Positions 1-13,886 of a stretch of 64,000 bases of DNA are shown one piece after another. The position numbers and the translations under genes are program-made. Within the stretch, counting starts at the first letter, position 1, and each line of letters starts with the position of its first letter. The stretch lies in the NCBI RefSeq assembly GCF_009914755.1, contig NC_060927.1; one strand, 5' to 3'. The DNA comes from the human T2T-CHM13v2.0 reference genome, Homo sapiens. The notes beneath the pieces are model-generated. The model saw nothing but the letters and a program-made list of their open reading frames with translations, searched no databases and had not been told where the DNA came from.

Positions 1-3000
1 TATATATTTGGGATATTAGCCCATTATCAGATGTATGGTTTGCAAATATTTTCTCCTATTCTGTAGGTTGTCTCTTCATTCTATTTATTATTTCTTATGC
101 TGTGCAGAAGCTTTTTAGTTTGAGGCAATACTATTTGTCTATTTTTGCTTTTGTTGCCTGTGCATTTGGGGTCATATCCAAAAAAAAATCATTGCCAAGA
201 CCAATGTCAAGAAACTTGCTCCTTATGTTTTCTTCTAGTAATTTTACAGTCTCAGGTCTTATTTTCAACTATCTAACTCATTTTAAGTGGATTTAAAAGA
301 CATCGTGTGAGATAAGGGCCTACTTTCATTCTTCTCCATGTGGATATCCAGTTTTCCCAGCATCATTTATTGAAGAGACTATTCTTTCCCCAGTGTGTAC
401 TTCTGAGACCTTTGTCAAAAATCAATTGTCCGTGAATGTGTGGATTTATTTCTAGGTTCCCTACTCTGTTCCATTGGTTTATATGTCATTTTTAATGCCA
501 GTATCATGCTGCTTTGGCTACTATAACTTGTAGTATATTTTAAAATCAGGTAGAGTGGTGCCTTCAGCTTTGTTCTTCTTGCTCAAGATTGCTTTGGCTA
601 TTTGGTGGTCCCATATGAATTTTAGAATTATATTTTCTATTTCTGTGAAAAATGCCATTGGATTTTTGTTTTGAGACAGGTTCTCACTTTGTCACCCAGG
701 CTGGAGTACAATCATAGTTCACTGCAGCCTTGACCTCTCAGGCTCAAGTGATCCTCCCGTCTCAGCCTCCTGAGTAGCTGGGACTATAGGTGCATGCCAC
801 CAAGCCCAGCTAATTTTTACTTTTTTTTTTTTTTTAAGAGATGAGTCTCATTAAATTTCCCAGGCTAGTCTTGAATTGCTGGCCTCAAGTGATCCTTTCA
901 CCATGGCCTCCCAAAGTGCTGGGATTACAGGTGTGAGCCATCACACATGGTCTGTCTTTGGAATTTTGATAGAGATTGCATTGAATCTGTAGATTGCTTT
1001 GGGTAGTACTGACATGTAGTATTGACAGATTTATAATATTAATTCTTCCAATCTATGAACATGGGATAGCTTTCCATTTATTTGTATAATCTTCAATCTC
1101 TTTTATCAATGTTTTATAGTTTTCAGCGTTAGATCTTTCACATCTTTGGTTAAATTTATTTCTAACTGGTTTTTTTGGGAAATACTATAAATGGAATTGT
1201 TTTCTTGATTTCTTTTTTTGGGTAGTTCATTGTTAGGTATAGAAGTGCTACTGTTTTTTTTTTTTTTTTTTGATTTTGTAAACTGAAACTTTACTGAATT
1301 TGTTTCTTAGTTCTAACAGTTTTTTAATGGAAGCCTTCAGGGTTTTAAAAATATATAAGATCGTGTAATCAGCAAACAAAGGTAATTTCATTCCTTTTTG
1401 TATTTGGATACATTTTATTTCTTTTTCTTGTTTAATTGTTCTGGTAAGACTTTCAGTACTACATTGATTAGAAGTGGTGGGAGTGGGCAGCCTTGTCTTG
1501 TTCTTGATTTTAGAGGAAAAGTTTCTAGCTTTTCACATTGAGTATGACATTAGCTGTGGGCATGTCATATATGGCGTTTATTGTGTTGAGGTACATTTCT
1601 TCTATATCTATTTTGTTGAGAGTTTTTATCATGAATGGATGTTGAATTTTATCAGATGCTTTTTCAGCATCTAAGATGATCTTGTAATTTTTGTTCTTTA
1701 TTTTGTTAATAAGGTGTATTACATTTATTGATTTATCTATGTTGAAGCACTTTTGCATCCCAGGGATAAATCCTACTTGCTTACATTGAATGATCCTTTT
1801 AATATTCTGTTGAGTTTGCCTTGCTAGTATTTTGTTGAGGGTTTTTACATCTATGTTCATCAGGAATGTTGGCCTGTAATTTTCTCTTCTTGTATCTTTG
1901 TCTGTTTTTGGCATCAGGGTAATGCTGACCTTGTAAAATGAATTTGGAAATATTCCTCCTCTTTAATTTTTTGTAAGAGTTTGAGAATTGGTATTAGTTC
2001 ATTAAATATTTGGTAGAATCCAGGAGTGCTGCCATCAGGTGACGGGTTTTCTTTGATGGAAGACTTTTATTATTGATTCAATCTCCTAATCTGTTATTGG
2101 TCTGTTCAGATTTTCTATTTCTTTCTGTATTAATTTTAGTAGATTATATGTTTCTAGGAATTTATCTATATCTTCTGGGTTATTCAATTTTTTTGAAGTA
2201 TAATTGTCCATATTAGTCTCTTATTATTCTTTATATTTCTGTGGTATTGATAATGAGTCTCATCTTTCATTTCTGATTTTGTTTATTTGACTCTTCTCTA
2301 TTTCTTTCTTTGTTAGTCTAGCTAAAGGTTTGTCCATTTTGTTTATCTTTTCAAAAAACTAACTTGTAATTTTGTTGACTTTTTGTATTTTTTTCTAATC
2401 TCTATTTTATTTATGCTCCGATCTTTGTTATTTCCTTTTTTCTGCTAAATTTGGGCTTACTTTGTTCTTATTTTTCTAGTTCTTTGGGATGTAACATTAG
2501 GTTGTTTATTTGAGATCTTTCTCTTTTTGTGATGTAGACATTTATTGCTATAAACCTCTCTGAGGACTGCCTTTGTCGCATCCCATAAGTTTTGGTACAT
2601 TGTGTTTCTATTTTTGTTTATCTCAAGATATTTTTAATTTTTCCTTTTGATTTCTGTGACCCATTGGTTGTTTGGGAGCATGCTGCTTAATTTCTACATG
2701 TTTGGGAATTTTCCAAGACTTCCTGTTATTGATTTCTAGTTTTATTCTATTGTGATCAGAAAAAAATTCTCAATATGATTTCAGTCTTCTGAAATTTAAG
2801 ACTTGTTTGTAACCTAATACATGATCCATTCTAGAGAATATTTTGTGTGCACTTGGAAAGAATGTGTATTGTGCTGCCGTTGAATCGAATTTTTGTATAT
2901 GTCTGTAAGGTCTATTTGGTCTGTAGTGTACTTCAAGTTCAATGTTTTCTTTATTGATTTTTGTATCTGGATGATGTATTCATTGCTAAAAGTAGGGTAT

Positions 3001-5100
3001 TGAAGTTCCCTATTATTGTTGTATTGCTGTCTATTTCTCCCTTCGATTCTGTTAATATTTGTTTTATATATTAGATGCTTCCATTTTGGGTGCATATATA
3101 TTTAGAATTGTTATATCCTTTTGCACAATTGACCCTTTTATTATTATATAATTACCTTCTTGTCTTTGTGACAGTTTTTGACTTAAATTTTATTTTATCT
3201 GACACATATAGCCACTTTTGCTCTCTTTTGGTTACCATTTGCATGGGATATCTTTTTCCATCCCTTTACTTTCAATCTATGTATGTCCTTAAAACTAAAG
3301 TGAGGCTCTTTTAGGCAGCAAGCATATAGTTGTATGATGGTTAATACTGAGTGTTTACATAGAACATCTTATTGTTATAAAAGTTTATTTTAAGCTGATA
3401 ATAACTTAATTTCAACTATATAAAAAACTCTAACTTCTTCCCTCTTACATTTTATGTTATTGCTGTCATTATTTATATATTTTTATATTGTGTAGCCATT
3501 AACAAATTATTGTGCTATAATTGTTTTTTAATATTTTGTCTTAATTTCTATGCCAGAATTAAAAGAGAATTACTATCACAGTATTAAAGTATTTTGAATA
3601 TGACTGTATTCTTACTTTTATAGTGAGTTTTATGCTTTCATATTTTTATGTTGTTACTTAATGTCTTTTCATTTTAACTTGAAGAACTCCCCTTAGTGTT
3701 TCTTATAAAGCAGGTGTAGTGGTGATGAACTTCCTTAGCTTGTTTGTCTGTCATGTGTAGTATTCTTGGTTGACAGGTTATTTTTTTCTTTCAGCACTTT
3801 GAGTATATCATCCCACTGTCTCCTGGAGGGCAAGATTCAGCCTTAAGGGGGTTCCCTTGTATGTGGTGAGTTGCTTTTCTTTTGCTGCTTTCAAAATTCT
3901 CTCTTTGTCAACTTGATTATAATATGTCTCAGTGAGGATCTCTTTATGTTTAATCAATCTGGAGTTCTTTAAGCTTCATAACTCTGGATATTTATTTTCC
4001 TCTCCAGATTTGGGAAGTTTTCTGTTATTATTTATTTAAATAAGCTTTCTTCCCTTTTTCTGGGACTCCTATAATATATATACTGATTTGCGTGATGTCT
4101 TATAAGTCCTGTAGGCTTTCTTCACTCTTTTCCTCTGACTGCGTCATTTCAAATGACATGAATTCAAGCTTACTGATTGTTCTGTTTGATTGAGTCTGCT
4201 GTTGAAGCTCTCTATTAAATTTTTCAGTTTAGCCATTATGTTCTTTAGCTCCAGAAATTCTTTTTTATGGTTTCTCTTTGTTGAACTTCACATTTTGTTC
4301 ATGTATTGTTTTCCTGATTCCATTTTAGTTGTCAGTCTGTGTTCTCTTGTAGCTCACTGAGATTCTATAAGACTATTATTTTGAGTTGCTTACCAGACAG
4401 TTCATAGACAGCCACTTCTTAAGGGTAAGTTACTGTTGTTTTATTTTGTTCTTTTGGTGGTGTCATGTTTCCTTGATTATTTGTGATCCTCATGGCCTTG
4501 CATTGGTATCTGCATATTTGAAGATATGGGCTTCTCTTCCAGCCTTTATAGACTGGCTCCAGCAGGGAAAGCCCTTTACCAGTCATCTTATCAGAGGATC
4601 TGGGTGAGCCAGCTATTGGGTCTGCAGGCAGGCTTGCTACTGGAGTCCTTGGGAAGTATGGGTTGGTACCTGGGTTGGCAGAGGAGGGCCTGTGGCTTGG
4701 GTTGTGTGCATGGGCCTGGTGCATGGGTCTTTGGGGTGGGCCTGGAGTCCAAGTTCACAGGGGCTGGCCTGGCACTGTGGCAGGCCTGTAGCCTGAGTCT
4801 GTGGAGGATGGCTTGGTGCTGGGAAGGGCCTGCCACCTGAGTACACAGGGATAGGTCTGGTCCTGCATCTGTAGGGGCTGGGCTGGCCTGGCATCAGGGT
4901 CCATTGGGGTAGGCCTGCAACCTGTGTCTGTCTGCAGGCCTGGACTGGAATGGTCCCGGAGCATGAGCCTATGGGTATTGGCCTGTATCCTGGGTCCATG
5001 ATAGTGGGCCTGGATCTTAGGCCCATGGAGATGAGGGTGAATCCTGAGTCTGTGTGGCCAGTGTGCCACTGGGGCAAGCCTGGAGCATGAGTCCATAGTT
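1..5100 (-). mobile_element. Old LINE-1 (L1MA/L1M-type) 5' portion: GC-rich 5'UTR, ORF1 and ORF2 relics; continues past window start
   Basis: Minus-strand ORF fragments match L1 ORF2 (1525-1914 [21 protein letters not shown]...QVGFIPGMQ; 2814-3095 endonuclease region) and the L1MA-type ORF1 N-terminus (QGNMTPPKEQN, 4419-4724). 4560-5100 is GC-rich with degenerate ggcctgg repeats, as in old L1 5'UTRs. Confidence 0.9.
663..953 (-). mobile_element. AluJ inserted in old L1
   Basis: Dimeric Alu on the minus strand with J-type ggctcaagtgatcctccc. Degenerate TSD gccattggattttt / gtctttggaatttt. Confidence 0.93.
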
Positions 5101-5379
5101 CTACTTTATTTTTTTCTCTAGGGCATCTTAGTTTTGCTCATAAAGTCTTTCTCATGTCCTATATTTTATTCTAGTATCTTCATAGTTTTATTTATTTCCA
5201 TGTTTAATTCTTTAACTGGAATTTATTTTTGTGTGGGTATGACAAAATTTTAAGAATCTTTAATGAAAAACCTTTCACTTTCAAATCTGTAAGTAATATC
5301 GATGTTATAAAAAGATGAACCAGGTTTATCCAGTGGTGCCCTCTGAGTACACTTTCAGGGGCACAAGTGAGGAACCAAA

Positions 5380-6090
5380 AGACACATTTAAACTTCCTAA
5401 TAGTGCCTTGAAAGCTCTCCATAATCTGTCTCCAAACATTTTTTTCCAATTTCTTCCTAACCTGCCACCTCCTTCAGAAAGCCTTTTGAGATTTCTCAGC
5501 TTGCATGGATGCTTTTTAATCACTCAGAGCACTTTAATAAGTTATGCCTCCTGGTGGTTTTGCTTTATTATTATTATTGTTATTATTATTAGTAGCAGTA
5601 TATTTTAAGGAAGCTTTTTTATCTAATCAGTCAACCAGCTTCTTGGAGGCAGTTTTTATGTGTCCCAATTCAGTGTCCCTGTACACAATAGGTATTCAAA
5701 AGCATTTCTCTAAAATAAATGAGAATATGCTGCCATTTTCAGAGTCTGGGGTTAAGATACATGAGAAGATGGCAGAACATCTGTGTGTGTTGGGCAGGAA
5801 TGGGGAACTGGGATCCCTTTGCTGCTCCTTTGACGGAAGGAGGGGCTGGCAAGAGGGTAGGGAAGGAGCTATAGCCAGTTTTGTCACTGGCTCTCAGTAT
5901 GGCTTTGGAAAGTGTCTTCCCTGTTGTAATTTCCTCCCCTGAAAAGCAGCTGGACTTTAGAGAGACAAATATAAGCTCCATGAAAACAGGAACTATCTTT
6001 TTGCTTCACATGGTCTCCCCAGCCACTTGCATAGCATTTGATGCTAATCATTTGCAAGATGAATGAATGAAAAAATGAATGAATGAAAGG
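5380..6090 (+). mobile_element. L2 3' fragments
   Basis: taagctccatgaaaacaggaac... followed by a (gaat)n tail at 6060-6087, typical of the L2 3' end. Confidence 0.6.
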
Positions 6091-6816
6091 ATGGGCATGT
6101 CCTTTATGCCTTCATGTCCTGTTCCATGCTCCTGACAGCCATTATGAACCAATTAGGACCTTTTTTCCTCTCAGTCTCAATGTAGCTTTTTCTTAGAGTG
6201 GCTACAACAAGCACTGGTAATCAATTGGTGTTGGTGCCAGGAACATCAGTTGATTACCAGGAAACCTGTTTGCAGCTCTGTATTAGGAGTCCTTGAGTTC
6301 CCTAGAGGGAGTCCTGCCAGAGCTTGTTTTGTGAGTTCTGGTCCCAAGCAGGTTCATGGCCTGCTCTCCTGAAGAACAGAGGTGCAGGTCGAGCATACAC
6401 TCCCAAGTGCCTCTGCAGGTGGATGCTGCTCACGCTGCCAGGGCTCTGCTTTTTTTCATGGGCTTGGATTTCTCATAAAATCAATTTGCTGTGAGGGGCC
6501 CCTGGGCCTGGGCTTTTTGTAAGGAAATGGGAACAATTAATGGGCTTATCTGATGCAAAGTAATGCTGCTAATGATTTATTAATTATCATGAGGCTTATC
6601 TTTCCACTTCTTATTAATCAAAGATGTCCTTGAATTCTGGGGCTCCACATGAGGGGAACAGACCTAGATGCAGCCTTGTGTGAGGGTGTGTGAACTGGAG
6701 CCAGGTGCCTCTAGCTTCCCTTGAACCTGTTCCAGCCTACTCCATCCTGACAGTTATCCCCTTGGATTGTGTGTAAAGAGATGAAAGGGCAAGAGAAAAG
6801 GAGCACCATTTTGGGC

Positions 6817-7010
6817 TGAACACCTACTATGTGCCAGGCATTGTGCAGGGTACTTTACATTCATTATCATTTTCTACCTACAAAGGAGGGATTATTGTTT
6901 TCATTTTTTTTAGATGAGGAAACTAAGGCCAAGAGATGTTAAGGAGGTTGCCCAAGTCACACAGTTAGAAATGGAGCTTGGGTTTGCACCTGAGTATGTC
7001 TGACCCTAAG
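6817..7010 (-). mobile_element. MIR
   Basis: Reverse-complement MIR core: agatgaggaaactaaggcc...ttgcccaagtcacacag. Confidence 0.85.
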
Positions 7011-7629
7011 TGGATGCCTTTCAACTGGAAAGGCCTAAATTAGAACAAAATGAGTCTGGGGCAGCACCCCCTGGGCACAGCTGAGATGAGGGTCCAGCTC
7101 TACAGTATGTGTTCTGGGACCACAAAAGGAGGGGGTCACAGTTCTTTCCTTGGGCCTCAAGGCTTTTGCTATCTCATGAGCGAGGCAAGATTCATACCCA
7201 GGAAACAGGTAGGGACCTCTGGACTCAGGGAATACCTACATGGGTGCCCACTATTCTCAGGATGCAAGCTTCTCCCAGGGTATCAGTGTGTCTCAGTACT
7301 GGTGGCAGTGCTTTATTGAGGTCAGGGACTTGTTGGGGTCTTACAGGTTCCATAGGGTGGGATAGATGGGACACTGTGGGGAAGGTGTTTAAGGAAGGGA
7401 AATGGCTTGACTAGGGAGGGTCAGAAATGACCATGGTTTATTGAGTGGGGTAGCAAAAGATTGTGTGCTGTTGAGGGAGGGACTTCTGGGGAGGCAACCA
7501 TGGCAGGGCATGAGGAGGGGCCATTACAGAATTGGACCTAGAAGCTAGTAGCTCCTGCCCTCATGACCCCTTTCTGATCCCAGCAAAGCCACTGAGATCA
7601 TCTGGCTAATGGTCAAACAATAACAGGTG

Positions 7630-7967
7630 AGACAGAGAGAGAGCGAGAGAGAGAATGCATGAGTGAATACTAGTGAGAGTTGATGTGTGTCAATGTGTAT
7701 ACTTGGAGTGTGTGTTCAGATGTGAGATTTGTATAAGCATTTGAATAACTGTGTGGGTGGGAATGTTCCATGTGTATGTGTGAGAGAGTGTGAACCATTT
7801 GTGTGTGTTTGCATGAGTGTGCATTAGTGTGAGTGTTTTGGTGTGAAATAGGTGTGTGTGATTGTGAGGGAACTATGTGAGTGTGTGTGAGGGAATATAT
7901 GTGGGTATGGTATTGTGTGTCTGTCGGTCTTTGCTCCTGTGCAAAGCTGTGTTTGCGTGTGTGCTGT
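7630..7967. repeat. (GA)n followed by degenerate (TG)n low-complexity tract
   Basis: Direct inspection. It explains the spurious H/T-rich ORFs here. Confidence 0.85.
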
Positions 7968-9744
7968 GGGGCTTCGGACAATCTGAATTCTTGCCCAATG
8001 TGGTAGAAGTGGCAAAAGGAACTGTGGGTGGAGAGGAGACTGAGAGGTCTCTGCTGGAACCCTAGGGGGAGGAGCTGAGAGCCTTGCCCTTTCAGGTGCT
8101 TAGCTGAGGTGCTGCTCAGACAGGGAGGCCTTCAGGTGAGCCCCCTATTCTGCCAGTGAAGTGGGAACCCTTGCAGCCTCACCTTTTGAGTGACAGGTAA
8201 GCACTTTGGGGGGCCCCAGGGAAGGGAGAGAAACCAGACCAGGAGCTCAGAGCCATAATCTTTGGGCTGTGACCCAAGCCAGCTCCCACTCCCAGCCAGC
8301 CCCCGATGGCTCTGAGGCTGCCCCCCTCCTCACCTCCTGGGTGTGGTGCAAGTAACCATGTGGCCATTGTGGCAGAGGAGAGCTTCGTGGTGTTGGTGTG
8401 ACCAAAGATCCACGGGGCCCCTGGGCAGGGAGGGCAGCCATGGAGCTACATGTTGGGTAATGTCCTCCACAGCCCACTTCATCCCACCGAGGCTGGCTGG
8501 GTAAGGATCCTTGGTTCTTGAGGTCACCTCTGTCAGCACCTCTCTGTTCCATAGGGAGGTCAGCTGGCCCAGAAACCCACATGGCTTTCTGTAACACCCA
8601 GCTATCCAAAACATTTCCTAGGACAATAATCCCTTTTTACTCAGCAGGGTGCTTAAATTATTCATGGAGGTTCATCTTGTAGACAAATAGAAGGTGGGGT
8701 AGGAGAGGCATTGGGAGCAGTGATCCTGAGCAGGCCCTGCCTTAGGCTCCATTGAGGCCTGGGTCTTCTCCCAGCCCCTTCACTCAAGGGCCCTCTGGGT
8801 GTCATGATCTTTCCTATCCCATCTGTCCTCCCCACTGTCTGTGGGGCTGGTCCCCACATGTCCTGCACCCTGCCCTTAGCCAGCCTTATTGGCTTAGGAT
8901 TTAGGTCTGCTAACTTTGGGGGTCTGATGCCTGCAGCCGTCCTGAGCCGAGGTCAGGTGCCTCTCTCCTCCACAGTTGCCTGAAAGCCCTGGAAGGGTGG
9001 CTTCTGCACACTGCTCTGCTCTTGGCCTAGAGGCAGGGGGTGGGGGAGATGGGGTGGAGTGGGGGGTTTGGTGGGAAGGGCTGTTGCCCCGCCTGTATCC
9101 GGGTGGGCCTGGCTCTCTTCAAGCAATTGGGCTCCAGCTGCAAACTCCCAAACACATACTTTGGGAGGTCAGCCTGGCCTGAGGCTAGAGCATTCCATTA
9201 TTTTGGTGACATATCTTTGAACCTGCTGCAACTCCTGCACCCCCAGCTCAGGCCCCAGTCTCAGCTGCAGAGCCGGGGCCTGATTCACCTCCCTACTTGC
9301 TTTCTAACTCTTCCTGGAGGAGTGCTCAGCCCTAGACTGGTTCCTGGGTAGAAACAGGGAAATGATGCAGGGAGGCTGTGCCTGGAATCCCTCCATTATG
9401 GTCATTTGGCCCAAGCACTACCTTAGCTCTTCTTTTCAAATACAAATTCCTTTGGGGGAGTAACATGTGAGCTGCTTAATACCGGAGCATGGGAGATTTT
9501 TTTCTATATTTTCCTCCAATAGTGGGCTCATGAGGAAGATGAAGAGCCCTGGAAAGGGAGAAACTAGTGTTAGCCTGTTTCATGTTTTTAAAATTTATTT
9601 TATTTTATTTATTTATTTTTATTTTCATGATCTAGCCCTGTCCCTACTTCTGATTTCAACAGCCCTGTCTACAAAAATTCCTTTCCAGATTCTCAAGTAT
9701 TGTAAATGGCACTCAGACAATGTGGCCAGGAAAAAGGATACTGG

Positions 9745-9845
9745 GTAAGGATAGATAGGTCTGCTTTTTAACCTCTGCCTGGCTATTATTTGCAGGGTGA
9801 CAATCAACAAGTCTTTTAACCTCTCTGAGCTCTGGTTCCTCAAGC
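9745..9845 (+). mobile_element. MIR fragment
   Basis: gtgacaatcaacaagtcttttaacctctctgagctctggttcctc resembles the MIR core. Confidence 0.55.
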
Positions 9846-10224
9846 TACTACATCACCATTACCAAGCCCCCTCCTGTCTGTGCCTCAGGGTCCTTGGATG
9901 TCATCTGCCTGTACTCAGGGTCACAGGGTACTCTTGGCTTGTCGTTGGGAACCCTGCTGCCTGTGGGGCTGGAGGGAAGGCTTGCTGCTTGATGTATGTG
10001 CAGATGTACTGATGTGGGAATGGTGGAGATTGCCAGCCCAGGGGATGCGCAAAGCTGAGGCTGGTTGGAGGAGCCTTTGTGGGTTCTGCTGGATGAATGC
10101 TTTCTACCCAGGGAGGTAGTTCCTTCCCCACCAAACTCACCATCTATTGTATAATAAAAGAGTCAGAATTCTGGAAATGATTCACTATAATGGAGATCGT
10201 TGTTTTGTTCTTTTGAGCAAAGGG

Positions 10225-10410
10225 GACTCATTCATTAAACACTTGCTACCAACTGGGTACTTTACATGCTTATTTCATCCTTATGACAAAACAGGTATTT
10301 GTGCTTTCAAGTCACAGGTGAAGAAACTGAGGCTCAGCGAGGTTAAATAACTTGCCTGGCATTATTCAAGAAGGAATTGGCTAGAATAGGATTTGAACCA
10401 AGTTCTGTCT
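10225..10410 (-). mobile_element. MIR
   Basis: acaggtgaagaaactgaggctcagcgaggttaaataacttgcc...ggatttgaacc. Confidence 0.85.
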
Positions 10411-11004
10411 CTGTTCATTTCTCATTGTTTCTTTGGGACTATCTGCTATTCAGTCAGGCGCTTACTCAGAGACCTTCTCTCTTTCTTGTGTTATCTTTGC
10501 CTTCTCCATCAGGGCTTTCTGAACACCGATTGCCGCACTTCCTCTCCCCTAGAATGTTAGATCTCAGGCTTTCCTGGGGTCCTGTGGTCTGGGATAAAGG
10601 GGTTGATCACTCCTTCCTACAGAGTTAGGGATATAAGATGTCATTACTGCCCAGAAGAGTTGAATTTGAGAAGAAAAATCTGAAGAAAGCAATGCTTAAT
10701 CTAGAAGAAATATACTTTGTTGGTAAATTTTCAGGCAGCAGAGAAGGTAGAAGAGATTGATTCTTACATACAGTCTTCCCAGACTCTCAGACGACACTGA
10801 AACATTCCACCTTCATGGAAAGCTAGTCTTTCCCTGAGTGCAGGCTGGCCTCTGCCCTCCTTTGGCTGAGTTCCAGGAAATTTCTTTCCACTGTTTCTTC
10901 CTCATATAGAATTCTCATCCACATGCAAAAGTCATAGTCAGTTTTAGAAAATAAAAAAGAACACAGAGAAGTTACAAAAATGCAAAAGTGATCATTGCTG
11001 CAGA

Positions 11005-11112
11005 GAGCTGGGTCCTAGTCCTGGCTCCAGCTGGGATCCTGGTGGCCTTGGGCAGTGCTCGTTCCTTCTCTGGGTTTTAGTATCTTCATGTATAAAATGT
11101 GTGGGTTGGACC
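11005..11112 (+). mobile_element. MIR/MIR3 fragment
   Basis: ctgggtcctagtcctggctc...ccttgggcag...tgtataaaatg. It appears to resume near 11790. Confidence 0.6.
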
Positions 11113-11585
11113 AGTCGGGACTCTCTTATTGGCAGATGATAAAAAAACAACCAAATTGACGTAGGTAGAGAAAGGAATTATATTGGCCTATATAAGTGAG
11201 AAGCCCAGGGTGGCCCTGGCTTCATGAATGGATGGATCCAGGGGCTTCCACCCACATGTGGTTAGAACTCAGTCTCTGTCTCCCTCTGCCTGTCTGTTAT
11301 TTTAGAAGACGGAACAGAGAATAGACCACATTATCTCTGTCACCGCAGTAGGTCTTGGGAGTAGCTCTGATTGGCCCTACTCTGGTCTATCTCTGAACCA
11401 ATCAGGCTGGGGATGAAATGTGCTGATTGGCCAGGCCTAGGTCATGTGACCTCTATTGGCTGAAGGTGGGAGGTATGGAGTCCTGCTCCATCCAAACCAC
11501 ATAGCCTGAGCTGGAGGCAGGGCTGTTAGCAGAAAAGGGGACGATTCTTTTCCCCTGTTGAGCAGACCCCAACCACTGCCACCTA
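11113..11585 (-). mobile_element. Old MaLR/ERVL LTR (MLT1-like)
   Basis: ctctgattggccc...tgaaccaatca...tgctgattggccaggcctaggtcatgtg resembles old MLT1 LTRs. Subfamily uncertain. Confidence 0.6.
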
Positions 11586-12174
11586 CCATTACTAGGTGAG
11601 TGATTTTTAATATCAGGAAGAACTTTAGGGCTATCTATAGATAGTGAAGTATTTTCCCCAAATCAATAAGGATTTAAATGGTCTGAGGAACCTGTTTATC
11701 ACATGTAGCTGCTTTACTATTGGTATTTCACATGGTTTTCATTTTGATAATTTTTTTGATTTTGCTGATTTAAAAAGCCCAGAAGTATTGGAATAGATGA
11801 TGTGTAAGGTTTCCATTTAGAATGTTCTAGTAGATTATATGCCAAAGTGAATAATTTTATTCAGTTAAGGGCATATGTTAAGTAGTAAACCTTCAGCTGC
11901 GCTCTGTCGTGTCCCTCCTCCCAAATGATCCTTCTGTCTTTATTAACATCTTTGTCGAGCTAGAGCCAAGTCTGCCCTCCCCTCACCCTCGATAACTCAC
12001 TAGTTTCATGCTTTACAAGCTCTTACAGATGCAAAAGGAAACTTCAGTGCAAGCACAAACCAGGTGCTGGTTCTGGCCTTCGACAGCCCGATTGCTGAGT
12101 TACTTGGAGACAGAGGTACTTCCTAAATGCCATTTTCTGGTCTGAATAACATGAGGCCAAAAAAGGAGCTCTTA

Positions 12175-12368
12175 GGGACAGGCCAATCATAAGATTTGGG
12201 GGCTGAGGTCAAGAGGACAAATGGAGGTCTTCATATCACATGTCTATATATTTATCAGTTATAAGTCAAGCTAACAAAGTAAAACTTCTTTCATCCTACC
12301 TTGACAAATGTACCTTTGTAATGCCCTAAAGGGCTGGATTTAAATTTAAAATTCTCAGACCTCCCCAC
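12175..12368. mobile_element. hAT (Tip100-like) DNA transposon fragment
   Basis: acaaatggagg...catgtcta...agttataagtcaagctaacaaa...cctaccttgacaaat resembles a recalled MER-class hAT consensus. Family not certain. Confidence 0.5.
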
Positions 12369-12795
12369 ATGAATAATGGCAACTAGAATGGTGTGAATCC
12401 TCTTTAGAAAGTTTTCAATTTGCTTTTCCCAGATCTATCAGAGATATCACTATCTATGGCAGCTGTAGCCCTACAAAATATATTTATCAAATAATAAGAC
12501 TTGAAAGTTGAAATTGTTTTTTGATCCATGGGCTTCAGAATGGATGTTGTGTTAGCAGGCATGAAAACACATTAATCTCTTTGTGCATCTTCATCAGAGT
12601 TATTGGGTAACCAGGTGCATTGTCAATGAGCAGTAATATTTTGAAAGGAATTTTTTTGTTTGTTTTTTTTTTTCCTGAGCAGTCGGTTTCAACAGTGAGC
12701 TTAAAATACTCAGTAAAGCATGCTGTTAACAGATGTGCCCTCATCCAGGCTTTGTTTTTCCATTTATAGAGCACAGAGTAGATTTAACATAATTC

Positions 12796-13105
<310 letters not shown>

Positions 13106-13180
13106 AATTTAACATAATTTTTAAGGGCCCTAGGATTTTCTCAATGATATATGAGCATTGGCTTCAACTTAAAGTCATCG

Positions 13181-13435
<255 letters not shown>

Positions 13436-13600
13436 CATAAGCTGCATTAGCCCCTAACAAGAGAGTCAGTCAGCTTATTCTTTGAAGCTTTGAAGCCAAG
13501 CATTGACTTCCCCTAATTATAAAAGTCCTAAATGGCATCTTCTTCCCATGTAAGGCTGTTTGTTTGCATTGAAACTCTATTGTTTAGCGCAGCGACGTTC

Positions 13601-13886
13601 ATCAGGCTGGGGATGAAATGTGCTGATTGGCCAGGCCTAGGTCATGTGACCTCTATTGGCTGAAGGTGGGAGGTATGGAGTCCTGCTCCATCCAAACCAC
13701 ATAGCCTGAGCTGGAGGCGGGGCTGTTAGCGGAAAAGGGGACAATTCTTCTCCCCTGTTGGGCAGACCCCCAAGCACTGCCACCTACCACTACTAGGTAA
13801 GTGATTTTTAATACCAGGAAGAACTTTAGGGCTATCTATAGATAGTGAAGTATTTCCCCCAAATCAATAAGGATTTAAATGGTCTG
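13601..13886 (+). repeat. Direct duplicate of 11401-11685 (about 96% identical)
   Basis: Manual alignment shows about 11 differences in 285 bp. The first 118 bp are identical. Confidence 0.97.

Noticed and set aside
4419-5096. Overlapping 80-146 aa ORFs as genes
   Set aside because: GC-rich, stop-poor 5'UTR/ORF1 start of an old L1.
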